From Planctomycetota bacterium (GTDB taxonomy: Bacteria; Planctomycetota; B15-G4; JADJEK01), in NCBI GenBank assembly GCA_044225365.1, contig JBGAIQ010000022.1, forward strand, positions 1-64,000: a stretch of 64,000 nucleotides of DNA, read 5' to 3'. The stretch's first letter is position 1; the number at the start of each line of letters is the position of its first letter. Positions 13,303 through 22,673 of the stretch are shown piece after piece. A program made the position numbers and the translations under genes. The notes below the pieces were generated by a model. The model was not told the DNA's origin. It did no database searches and saw nothing but the letters and a program-made list of their open reading frames with translations.

Positions 13303-14393
13303 CGTGCGTCCCTCCCCGCGGGTCCCTTCGCCGGTGGGATCAGCATGGCGTCGCCATAGCTGAAGAACCGGTATCGCCGCGAGACGGCTTCAGCATACGC
13401 CCGCAGGACCCGCTCGCGACCGACGATCGCGGCGACCAGGACGAGCAACGTGCTCTTCGGTAGATGGAAATTCGTGAGCAGCCCATCGACCACCCGGAAC
13501 TGGAATCCCGGACGGATGAACAGATCGGTCTCGCCTTGGAGTTCGTCGGGCTCGCCCGATTTCGACCAGGTCTCGAGCGTGCGTACGGCGGTCGTGCCGA
13601 CCGCGATCACCCTCCCGCCGCGAGTTCGAGTCGCTCGGATCGCATCGACCGCTTCGCGTCCGATCGAGAATCGTTCGCGATGCATCACGTGCCTTCCGAG
13701 GTCGTCGACCCGCACCGGGAGAAACGTGCCGAGGCCGACGTGCAGCGTGACGCGAGCGAGTTGGATCCCGGCCGCGACGAGGCGCGCGAGATGAGCGGAG
13801 TCGAAATGAAGGCCGGCCGTCGGCGCGGCGACGGCTCCAGCCTCGCGGGCGAAGACCGTCTGGTACCGCTCGCGGTCGAGCGCGTCGCGCGCGTCCGCGG
13901 TCGCCTCGCGGTCGATGTAGGGTGGAAGCGGCATCCGTCCCGAAGCGAGCAGTTCCTCGCAGGCGGCAGCATCCCCGCGCGCCTGCCAGACTCCGCCGCC
14001 TTCGGTCGAAACGAGTTCGATCGCCTTCCCCTGAGGGGTTGCGAGCTGATCTTTGGGGCGCAACCTCCCCTTGCCATCGAGCATCACCAAGAACCCCGAC
14101 TCCCGCGGAATCTCGAGCAGGAGCCCACGAACCCGCCCGCCCGTGGCGCGCCGCATCTCGATCCGCGCGGGCAGCACCTTCGTGTCGTTGACGACGAGGA
14201 GGTCGCCCGGCTCGAGGAAGCGGTCGATCGCCGCGAATTGGAGATGTTCCCCTTCCCCACCCTCCCGCGGCAGGACGAAAAGTCGCGACGCGCCGCGCTC
14301 TGCGGCCGGTTCCTGAGCGATGAGCTCGAGCGGCAGGGCGAAGTCGTAGTTCGAGAGTTGGTCGTCCGGATTCAACGTCGTCTTCTCACCCAT
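13299..14393 (-). CDS. queA: S-adenosylmethionine:tRNA ribosyltransferase-isomerase
   Basis: YDFALPLELIAQEP, NDTKVLPAR, PLPPYI, YQTVFA, AAPTAGLHF, LHVGLGTF, TNFHLPKSTL, YRFFSYGDAM. Confidence 0.97.
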
Positions 14394-14660
14394 CGAGACC
14401 GCCCATCCCCCGATGGAACGAGGACGAGCGGAACCCGAAACTATCAACTTCACCGCTGCGGAGCCATCGAGGCGCCCCCGCGCCCCCCCGCACCGAGGAA
14501 TCGCGTTGCCGCAGAAAAGGCCTCGAATGCCGTGGGCCGGGCGCACGTAAGTGTGCGATTTCGCGGCGACAACGGGTGCCCGCGCGTTGACTGCAATGGG
14601 CGGAGTCGGTAAGACTGCCGGGATTGTCCGCACTCGGAGACCGAGAGAGTCCGCAGAAGC

Positions 14661-16247
14661 ATGCCCACGTGGGAACTGGCCATACTCGGTGCGTATTACG
14701 CCGTTCTCGCGGTGCTCGCCATCTACGGCTTGCACCGGGCGCATCTGACGTGGATCTACTTTCGCTCGCGGAAGAACGTGCCGCGGCCCCAGCAGCAATT
14801 CGCGACGCTGCCCAAAGTCGCAATCCAACTCCCGATCTTCAACGAAGCCACCGTGGTCGAACGCCTGATCGACGCGGCGTGCGCGATCGACTATCCGCAG
14901 GACAAACTCGAGATCCAGGTCCTCGATGACTCGACGGACGAGACCACGGCGATTGCGGAGCGCTGCGTCCTGGCGTATCGCGAACTCGGGTTCGACATCC
15001 ACCTGATCCGACGCGGGGATCGCCAGGGCTTCAAGGCGGGTGCGCTCGCCGCCGGCCTGCGCGCGACCGATGCCGAGTTCCTCGCGGTGTTCGATGCGGA
15101 CTTCGTCCCGCCGAAGAACTTCGTGAAGGACCTGATCCATCATTTCACCGACGCCGGGATCGGCATGGTCCAGGCGCGTTGGGGTCATCTCAACCGCCGC
15201 TTCTCGCTGTGCACTCGCGTCCAGGCGATCCTGCTCGACGGCCACTTCGTGATCGAGCACACCGCTCGCAATCGCTCGGGTCGCTTCTTCAACTTCAACG
15301 GGACCGCCGGCATCTGGCGACGCGCCGCGATCCTCGAGGCGGGTGGCTGGCAGCACGACACCCTGACCGAGGACCTCGATCTCAGCTATCGCGCGCAGAT
15401 CGCGGGCTGGCGATTCGTCTACCGGCCCGACGTCCTGTGCCCGGCGGAATTGCCGATCGAGATGAATGCCTTCAAGAGCCAGCAGCGCCGCTGGGCGAAG
15501 GGCTCGATCCAGACCTGCAAGAAGCTGCTCGCGCGCGTCTGGCGCTCGCAGGCGCCGCTGAAGGCCAAGGTCGAAGCGACGTTCCATCTCACGAACAACT
15601 TCAGCTACCTGCTGATGATCCTGATGTTCGTGCTGTTGCTCCCCGCGTTCCTCGTGCGCTTGCAACTGGGTTCGATCGCGAGCCGCTTCTTCGACATCTC
15701 GCTGTTCCTGTCCGCGACCTCGAGCTTGTTCGCGTTCTATGTCGCATCGCAGCGCGAGGGTGACGAAGGCGAAACGCTCGGCCAGACCTTGCTCCACTTC
15801 CCCGCCGTGCTCGCGCTCGGCATCGGGATCTCGGTGAGCAATTGCGTCGCCGTGCTCGAGGTGTTGCGCGGCAAGCAGACCGAATTCGTGCGCACGCCGA
15901 AGTACAACGTCGGCGAGTTGCGCAAGCGTGACTCGCAGTTCCGCTATGGCGGAAGCAAGAACCGCCTGCCGTACTTCGAACTGCTGCTCGCCGCCCATTT
16001 CACATTGATCACGGTGATCGCGTATTCGCGGCAGTGCTGGCTCGCCGGCTTCTTCTTCACCCTGTTCGCCGCGGGATTCTACTGGGTCGGGTTCTCGTCG
16101 CTCACGCGCGCGCGACTCACGGCGGAACCACGGCTCGACGCACCGTCCGCCGCGCCCGTTGCCGCAGCTCCAGTTCCCCCAGTCCAAACGGACGAGAAGC
16201 GCAAGGACGCTCGCGAAGCGATCCACAGCAACACCGGCGCATACTGA
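14661..16247 (+). CDS. Cellulose-synthase-like GT2 processive glycosyltransferase
   Basis: QLPIFNE, DDSTD, GFKAGAL, FDADF, TEDLDLS, QQRRWAKG (QxxRW) and C-terminal TM helices. Confidence 0.92.
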   Translation: MPTWELAILGAYYAVLAVLAIYGLHRAHLTWIYFRSRKNVPRPQQQFATLPKVAIQLPIFNEATVVERLIDAACAIDYPQDKLEIQVLDDSTDETTAIAERCVLAYRELGFDIHLIRRGDRQGFKAGALAAGLRATDAEFLAVFDADFVPPKNFVKDLIHHFTDAGIGMVQARWGHLNRRFSLCTRVQAILLDGHFVIEHTARNRSGRFFNFNGTAGIWRRAAILEAGGWQHDTLTEDLDLSYRAQIAGWRFVYRPDVLCPAELPIEMNAFKSQQRRWAKGSIQTCKKLLARVWRSQAPLKAKVEATFHLTNNFSYLLMILMFVLLLPAFLVRLQLGSIASRFFDISLFLSATSSLFAFYVASQREGDEGETLGQTLLHFPAVLALGIGISVSNCVAVLEVLRGKQTEFVRTPKYNVGELRKRDSQFRYGGSKNRLPYFELLLAAHFTLITVIAYSRQCWLAGFFFTLFAAGFYWVGFSSLTRARLTAEPRLDAPSAAPVAAAPVPPVQTDEKRKDAREAIHSNTGAY

Positions 16248-17557
16248 GCGATCCGGATCCTCACGTCCTCCCGCCAGACGCCGAGCTCGGAAAGATCGTC
16301 GAGCACGTGATGAGCGAGCGGCGCGAGCACGACCCACAGCCAAAGCGGACCGAAGCGCAACGCCGCGTCGCCGCCGCCTCGAAACGCAAGGTACGGCAGG
16401 AACCAAGTCACGTACCACGGTTGAATGGTCGGCGAGCAGAGCAGCAGCGCGGCGAGCGTCATCGCCGTCGCGCCCTCGGCGGAAGCAACGCGCAAGGTCC
16501 GCAGGCCAATGACGAGGAACGCGCATAGCAACGTGCTGCGAGCAAGCGTCTCGGGCGAGTGGTCGAAGAGGAAATGGGCGATGCGGTTTCGCAGAGGATC
16601 GAGATCGGTCCAATGCGCATCGAACGCATGGTCGCGGATTCGCTCGATGAGCACGCGCAGCGCGGGATAGAACGGCGCGTTGAAGCTCCATTCCGTCGCG
16701 TAGCGCACGATCCCGGCGAGGGGCGTCCCTTCCCGAGCGAACGGGAGGTAGCCAACCGTCACGAGCGCGATCAGCAACAGGAAGCGAAGTGTGATTCGGA
16801 CGAAGTCCCGAAACCCGTCGAACCGCTCGATGGCGACGATCGGGAAGAGCACGATTGCATACGGCTTGAAGAGTGTCGCGATCGCGAGTGTGGCCGTCGC
16901 TGCGTTCGGACGACCGCGCGCTTTGAAGAGCATCGCGAGCAATGTTGCCGCGATCGCGGCGGAGTCGAGGTGCTGCGATCCCGCGTACTCGACGAGGACG
17001 AGAGGCGAGAGCCCGTAGAGGATCGACGCCACGGGATCGAGTCCCCGCGCCTGCAGCAACCGGGCGAGGAGGAACCACGCGAGCAGATCGCAGGCGACGT
17101 GCCAGAGGCGGAGCGCGAGGACCGGCTGAGGCGTGAGCGCGGCGAGCGCGAAGCTGGCCTCGGCGAGCGGCGGATACGCCGCGGGGACCTCGGCATGCGT
17201 CACGTTGGGCCAGATCACTTCGTCCCGCAAGGACGAGAGCGCGGGATCGCTCGGCGGATGCGCATAGGGATTCGCGCCTGCGACGACGACCCGACCCTCC
17301 CACGCGTAACGATAGAAGTCGTCGGAGAACCCGACCGCGGGGATGAGGAAGACGAGGCGAAGAGCGATGCCGAGGAAGACGAAGGGACGCATCGATCTCG
17401 GACCGACGACTCCCCGTACGAGCAGCACGTGCGCCGCGCCGGAGACGAGGAGCAACGCGATCACGAGGAACGCGTGCTCACGGAAGTTCGGAACGAACGC
17501 GATCGGCAGGAGAGCCGCGAGCCAGATGACAAAAGCAAATCGACCGAGCGCGGTCAC
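16079..17557 (-). CDS. GT87/DUF2029-like membrane glycosyltransferase (alpha-mannosyltransferase-like)
   Basis: SDDFYRYAWEG...NPY, YPP, HLD and PWY motifs with many TM helices; GTG start overlaps the upstream stop. Confidence 0.82.
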   Translation of the reverse strand: MTALGRFAFVIWLAALLPIAFVPNFREHAFLVIALLLVSGAAHVLLVRGVVGPRSMRPFVFLGIALRLVFLIPAVGFSDDFYRYAWEGRVVVAGANPYAHPPSDPALSSLRDEVIWPNVTHAEVPAAYPPLAEASFALAALTPQPVLALRLWHVACDLLAWFLLARLLQARGLDPVASILYGLSPLVLVEYAGSQHLDSAAIAATLLAMLFKARGRPNAATATLAIATLFKPYAIVLFPIVAIERFDGFRDFVRITLRFLLLIALVTVGYLPFAREGTPLAGIVRYATEWSFNAPFYPALRVLIERIRDHAFDAHWTDLDPLRNRIAHFLFDHSPETLARSTLLCAFLVIGLRTLRVASAEGATAMTLAALLLCSPTIQPWYVTWFLPYLAFRGGGDAALRFGPLWLWVVLAPLAHHVLDDLSELGVWREDVRIRIAQYAPVLLWIASRASLRFSSVWTGGTGAAATGAADGASSRGSAVSRARVSDENPTQ

Positions 17558-18483
17558 GCGCGATACACCGACCGCGGCTCCGGCGCGCGTCCCTCCAGCA
17601 CGGCCACCACGTTTCGCGCCGTGTAGACGCACATCTCGCGATAGGTCGCCGAAGTGAGCGAGGCGACGTGCGGCGTGAGCAGGACTCGCGATGACGTGAG
17701 CAACGGATCGTCGGCACGCGGGGGCTCGACGTCGAGCACGTCGGCGGCAAAGCCTCCGATTCGTGCATCGAGAAGAGCCGCCCGCAGTGCGTCTTGATCG
17801 ACGAGGGCGCCGCGCGCGGTGTTGACCACGATCGCCGTCCGCTTCAACAGCCCGATCCTGCGGGCATCGAGGATCCCGCGTGTCTCGGCCGAGAGAGGCA
17901 GATGGAGCGTGACGAAATCGGACGACCGGAGCAGATCGTCGAGCGCGAGGACTTCGTGCTCGCAGTCGATCACGCTGCCGCGCGCCGCGACCACGACCCT
18001 CATCTCGAACGCCGTTGCGAGCTTCGCCACCCGCCGACCGATCGCACCGTACCCGACGATGCCGAGCGTCGCGCCCGCGAGTTCGTCGCCCTGGTACTTC
18101 CCGCGATCTTCCCAGCGGCCGGCGGCGCAAGCGTTCGCCCACGGCGTGATGCGGCGAACGAGGTCGAGCATGAGCGCGAGCGTGTGCTCGGCGACCGTGC
18201 GACCGTTCATTCCCGGCGCGAAGATCACGGGAACGTTTCGGCGCGCCGCGGCGGTCGTATCGAGATTGTCGAGTCCCGCCCCCGCGCGTGCGATCGCACG
18301 CAGACTCGGGAAACTCGCCATCAACGCATCCGTGATCCGACCGCGCCCACGCGTCAGGATCGCTCGCACCGCCGAGGACGGCTCCTGCCGCCCGTTCGGG
18401 TCGGTGGCGCGCACGACCGGTTCACAATGTTCGAGCAACGCCTCGGCCTCGGGATGCAGACTCTCGAGCAGCAGGATGCTCAT
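17554..18483 (-). CDS. D-isomer-specific 2-hydroxyacid dehydrogenase (SerA-like)
   Basis: RAGAGLDNLD, GIVGYGAIG, LHLPLS, VNTARG, DVLDVEP, TPHVA. Confidence 0.92.
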   Translation of the reverse strand: MSILLLESLHPEAEALLEHCEPVVRATDPNGRQEPSSAVRAILTRGRGRITDALMASFPSLRAIARAGAGLDNLDTTAAARRNVPVIFAPGMNGRTVAEHTLALMLDLVRRITPWANACAAGRWEDRGKYQGDELAGATLGIVGYGAIGRRVAKLATAFEMRVVVAARGSVIDCEHEVLALDDLLRSSDFVTLHLPLSAETRGILDARRIGLLKRTAIVVNTARGALVDQDALRAALLDARIGGFAADVLDVEPPRADDPLLTSSRVLLTPHVASLTSATYREMCVYTARNVVAVLEGRAPEPRSVYRA

Positions 18484-18959
18484 ACGGTCTCGTGGCGACC
18501 GATCGAAGCGCCCGGCGCCATGCGATACACCCCGCGTTTCTCCTCGACGAGCGCGCCTTCGTCGCGAAACACTCTCAGATCGATCGCCTCTCCGGCACCA
18601 CTCGAGATCTCGACGAGGTTGCCCGCGGGATCGCGCACGAACATCTGCATCTTGCCGTTCGGCAGTTGCCGCACCTTGCCCCAGGGAGCGAGGTCGATCG
18701 CCTTCGCCGCCTTCGCCCGCTGGAAGACGCCCATGAAGTCGGGAACGACGAGACAGAAGTGACCGCGGAACTGCCGCTCGTCGGCGATCTCGTTCATGTG
18801 GATCTGCTGGTTCGTCCCGATCTTGAAGAACTGCGATCGGAAGCCTTGATCGGGCGTATTGTCGAGCGGCAACCCGATCACGTCACGGTAGAACACGATC
18901 GCCTTGTCGAGGTCATCGACGTTGACGTTGACGTGCTGGATGAGGAAGTCGTGGGTCAT
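18480..18959 (-). CDS. VOC/glyoxalase family protein
   Basis: HVNVNVDDLDKAIVFYRDVIGL and MFVRDPAGNLVEI. Confidence 0.9.
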   Translation of the reverse strand: MTHDFLIQHVNVNVDDLDKAIVFYRDVIGLPLDNTPDQGFRSQFFKIGTNQQIHMNEIADERQFRGHFCLVVPDFMGVFQRAKAAKAIDLAPWGKVRQLPNGKMQMFVRDPAGNLVEISSGAGEAIDLRVFRDEGALVEEKRGVYRMAPGASIGRHETV

Positions 18960-18971
18960 GGCAGATGCCCC

Positions 18972-20141
18972 TCAAACGCGATTCCTGGAGTAACGCTTCA
19001 CGAAGTCGGGATCGGGCTCGACGCCGAATCCGATCCCGAGGGGCGGCGCCAGCGCGCCCTCCTTCAGGTCGAGGTCGATCGCGGCCATCTCGCGCAGCAG
19101 TGGAGCACCGCCCATCGGCAGTTCCATCAGCACGCCCGCATTGCTCGCGAAGGCGAGGGTGAGCCCCGCGCGGAACGAAATCGCCGAGCCCCAACAATGC
19201 GGGGCGAGTTCGAGGCGATGCGATTCGCACAACGCCGCGATCTTCAGGCCTTCGGAGAATCCGCCCGTGATCGCGAGGTCGGGCTGCAGCACGTCGACGG
19301 CGCGGCGTTCGACGAGCTCGGCGAAGTCGTAGCGCGTGAGCTCGCTCTCACCCGCGGCGATCGGCAACGCGCTCGCTGCCCGCACTTCCGCGAGCCCCGC
19401 GCGATCGTCGGAATGCACGGGCTCTTCGACGAAACGCAATTCGAGTTCGGCCGCGCCCGCGAGGAATCGCTTGGCCTGAGCGACGTTCATCGTGCCGTGC
19501 GCGTCGACCATGAGATCGACCTTCGGACCGATGCCCTCGCGCGCCGCACGAACGCGACGAAGGCTCGTTTCGACGCGACCGTCCATCGCTCCGAACCTCA
19601 TCTTCACGGCCGTGAATCCCTGATCGACGTAGCGCTGGAGCTCGGCGCCGATCTTGGTCTCGTCACCCCAGCCTCCGCTGCCGTAGGCCCGCACCCGATC
19701 GCGGCACGGACCGCCCACGAGTTCGAGGACGGAGCAGTTCTTCGATTTGCCGAGGAGATCCCACAGCGCGAGGTCGATTCCCGAGATCGCGGCGACGTGG
19801 ATGCCGCGTCGTCCCAGGATCGGCATCGGTCGTCCGAAGTGCTCCGCGAGTCCGGCGCGCGAACCGTTGAACATCTTGTTCCACAGACGCGTGATGTTGC
19901 GCGCGTCCTCGCCGACGAGGAGCGGCCGCAGTTCGTTCTCGATGATCGTGACGAGCGCGGCGCCGTTGCCGACGCTGCCGACCCCCGCCTTGGCCTCGCC
20001 GTAGCCGACGAGTCCGTCGTGCGTTCGGATCGTAACGAGCACGCCGTCGAATGCCGTCATGCGTCCGAAGTCGGAGACGTGTTGCTTGCTCTCGGGAAGC
20101 GGGCAGTGCAGCCAGACGGCCTCGACGTCACGGATCTTCAT
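18972..20141 (-). CDS. Mandelate racemase/muconate lactonizing enzyme family (enolase superfamily) protein
   Basis: AISGIDLALWDL, K-x-R, MVDAH, FVEEP, AAGE, LQPD and APHCW motifs. Confidence 0.92.
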   Translation of the reverse strand: MKIRDVEAVWLHCPLPESKQHVSDFGRMTAFDGVLVTIRTHDGLVGYGEAKAGVGSVGNGAALVTIIENELRPLLVGEDARNITRLWNKMFNGSRAGLAEHFGRPMPILGRRGIHVAAISGIDLALWDLLGKSKNCSVLELVGGPCRDRVRAYGSGGWGDETKIGAELQRYVDQGFTAVKMRFGAMDGRVETSLRRVRAAREGIGPKVDLMVDAHGTMNVAQAKRFLAGAAELELRFVEEPVHSDDRAGLAEVRAASALPIAAGESELTRYDFAELVERRAVDVLQPDLAITGGFSEGLKIAALCESHRLELAPHCWGSAISFRAGLTLAFASNAGVLMELPMGGAPLLREMAAIDLDLKEGALAPPLGIGFGVEPDPDFVKRYSRNRV

Positions 20142-20167
20142 GGGTCATTCGCCTTTCGAGGTCGCGG

Positions 20168-20264
20168 TGGCCGCGAACGCAAGACGGGCGCACCGCCGTG
20201 CGCCCCTACGGATTCGGTTGCGATGGCCGCGAACGCGAGGCGGGCGCACCGCCGTGCGCCCCAC
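20168..20264 (-). repeat. Pair of GTAG-type REP elements in a 56-bp direct repeat
   Basis: Minus strand reads GTAGGGGCGCACGGCGGTGCGCCC (20186-20209) and GTGGGGCGCACGGCGGTGCGCCC (20242-20264), with shared flank TGGCCGCGAACGC. Confidence 0.75.
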
Positions 20265-20273
20265 GAGTCTTCC

Positions 20274-21161
20274 TCACCGAATGAGAGGCAGCAGCGTCCT
20301 CGAAGCCGTCTCGTACAGCATCGTGTAGTACTCCTCCGAGAGCAGGCTGCTGCCGTGGTCCTGGATGAACTTCAACTGCTCGGGGGAGATGTCGACCGGG
20401 TTCTTCTCGACCTGGTTCTTCCACGGGGAAACGGGCGTGCGATCGATGGGCGCGACGGCCTCCATCGTCAGCGCGCCGTCGTAGCCGACTTCACGCAGCG
20501 TGGCCACGAGTTTGCCCCAATCGATTCGGCCCATGCCCGGTGCGAGGCGGTTGTTCTCGGCGACGTGGACGTCGTAGAGCTTCTTGCCGACCTTCTTGAT
20601 CGCGGCGTGCATGTCGACCTCCTCGATGTTCATGTGGAACACGTCGAGGCAGACGCCGCAGTCCGGGCCGACATCGTTCGCGAGCGCGAGCGCCTGGTCA
20701 CCTCGGTTGACGAAGTACGTCTCGAAGCGATTGAGCGGCTCGATCGCCATCTTGACGCCACACTTCTGCGCGTGGCCGTAGACCTCCTTCAACGAGTCGA
20801 CGACCCACTTCCACTCCTGCTCGGGCGTGCCGTCGGCCGTGATCTTGCCCACGGTCGCGGGAACGATCGTGCATTCGGTCCCCTCGAGCTCCTTCACCAT
20901 CGTCACGACGGACTTCACGTAGTCGATCGACGCCGCGCGCTGCGCCTCGTCCTTCGCCGCCAGATTCCGTTGGCCGAGTGTGAGCGTGACCGCGCCCCAG
21001 CATCGGATGCCGTACTGCTTGAGGAGCGGCCGCGAGGTCTTGGTGTCGTACTGCTTCGGCTCACCACTGATCTCGATGCTCTCGAAGCCGAGTCGCTTGA
21101 TTCGCTTCAAGGTGACTTCGAGGGGTTCGGCGCGCATCCAGTTGTGCGTGGAAAGGTGCAT
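20274..21161 (-). CDS. Sugar phosphate isomerase/epimerase (xylose-isomerase-like TIM barrel; ketose 3-epimerase-like)
   Basis: IEPLNRFE, LDVFHMNIEE, VHVAENNRLAPG, GYDGALTME. Confidence 0.9.
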   Translation of the reverse strand: MHLSTHNWMRAEPLEVTLKRIKRLGFESIEISGEPKQYDTKTSRPLLKQYGIRCWGAVTLTLGQRNLAAKDEAQRAASIDYVKSVVTMVKELEGTECTIVPATVGKITADGTPEQEWKWVVDSLKEVYGHAQKCGVKMAIEPLNRFETYFVNRGDQALALANDVGPDCGVCLDVFHMNIEEVDMHAAIKKVGKKLYDVHVAENNRLAPGMGRIDWGKLVATLREVGYDGALTMEAVAPIDRTPVSPWKNQVEKNPVDISPEQLKFIQDHGSSLLSEEYYTMLYETASRTLLPLIR

Positions 21162-21347
21162 GACGGTCCTCTTGCGCTAGGGGCGGTTGTTGCGATGCGT
21201 GGCGTGCCTACCGTAACACAAGAAGCCGCGCGGGATCCACGGGCCTCGACCTTCCCCACGCGCGCCCCCTCGCCGATTCCCGCGGCGTCGCGTATCCTCC
21301 ACCGCCCGTCGACGCGACCGTCCCGGGTTCGCATGCTGGAGAAATCG

Positions 21348-22673
21348 ATGTTCTGCACTCTCCTTCCGCTGATCCTCGCAGGCCCTGTCATCGAACAATC
21401 CGGGGCTCCCGCGCCATCTCGAGTTCAGCCGGTGCGGGTCTTCTACAACGCGCACATCATCCCGATGGTCGGCGAAGAGTACGACGGCGGCGCGTTCATC
21501 GTCGAGAACGGCACGATCACCGCGATCGGTGACATGACGAAGATCGCCGCGCCGCCCAACGCCGAAGCGATCGACCTCTCGGGCAAGACCGTGATGCCCG
21601 GCCTCGTCGATACGCACAGCCACGTCGGCGAAGTGAACGGCGGCGACTCCTCGGCTGCGATGCACCCCGCCGTGCGCGTGCTCGACGGCATCGACGTGCG
21701 ATCGAACTCGATCCAACGCGCGCAGGCCGGCGGCATCACGACGGCTCACGTCATGCCGGGATCCGGGCACCTGATGTCCGGTCAGACGATCCTCTTGAAG
21801 CTGCGCGACGGACGAACGATCGAGGATCTGCTGTTCCTCGACGACCAGAATCGTCCGATCTCGAACATGAAGATGGCGAACGGCACGAATCCACGAGGCG
21901 AAGCACCGCAGCCCGGCACGCGCGCGCGTGCGGCCGCGATCGTGCGCGAGCAGTACGTGAAGGCGCAGGAGTACGCGGCGAGGATCGCGCGCGCGAACGG
22001 CGACGCGACCAAACTGCCCGATCGCGACCTCGGCCTCGAAGCGCTCGGCGAGATCCTCGACCACAAGCGCGTGGTCCATCATCACACGCATCGCGCCGAC
22101 GACATCCTCACCGTGCTCCGCTTGAAGAAGGAGTTCGGCTTCGACGTCGTGCTGCACCACGTGTCCGATGCCTGGAAGGTCGCCGACGAGATCGCGGCTG
22201 CCGGCGTGCCGTGCTCGCTCATCAACGTCGATTGCCCGGGCGGCAAGCTCGAAGCAACCGGTCTCTCGTGGACGAGTGGACGCGAACTCGAGAAGCGCGG
22301 CGTGCTCGTCGCCTTCCACACCGACGACCCGATCACCGATTCGCGTTGGTTCCTGCGCTCGGCGGGTCTCGCCGTTCGCGACGGCATGACGCGCGAAGGC
22401 GCTCTGAAGGCGCTCACGATCAACGGCGCGAAGATGCTGCGCGTCGACAAGCTCGTCGGTTCGCTCGAGGTGGGCAAGGAGGCCGATTTCATCGTCCTCA
22501 CCGGCGATCCGCTCTCGATCTACACTCACGTCGAGCAGACCTGGATCGATGGCGCCAAGGTCTTCGATCTGCGCGTCGATGCCGACAAGCTGTTCGCGAC
22601 CGGCGGCGACGGCGCCGGCGAGAAGGAAGTCTTTCACGAATGCTGCCTGATGGGCGACGAGGAACCGCGATGA
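21348..22673 (+). CDS. Secreted amidohydrolase family protein (metal ligands intact)
   Basis: Signal peptide, PGLVDTHSH, HHHTHRADDI, HTDDP, GSLEVGKEADF; GGAG RBS before ATG 21348. Confidence 0.9.
   Translation: MFCTLLPLILAGPVIEQSGAPAPSRVQPVRVFYNAHIIPMVGEEYDGGAFIVENGTITAIGDMTKIAAPPNAEAIDLSGKTVMPGLVDTHSHVGEVNGGDSSAAMHPAVRVLDGIDVRSNSIQRAQAGGITTAHVMPGSGHLMSGQTILLKLRDGRTIEDLLFLDDQNRPISNMKMANGTNPRGEAPQPGTRARAAAIVREQYVKAQEYAARIARANGDATKLPDRDLGLEALGEILDHKRVVHHHTHRADDILTVLRLKKEFGFDVVLHHVSDAWKVADEIAAAGVPCSLINVDCPGGKLEATGLSWTSGRELEKRGVLVAFHTDDPITDSRWFLRSAGLAVRDGMTREGALKALTINGAKMLRVDKLVGSLEVGKEADFIVLTGDPLSIYTHVEQTWIDGAKVFDLRVDADKLFATGGDGAGEKEVFHECCLMGDEEPR

Noticed and set aside
18492-22673. 1393-aa amidohydrolase fusion
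   Set aside because: The real gene starts near 21348 (RBS, signal peptide); the upstream part is antisense to the sugar cluster.
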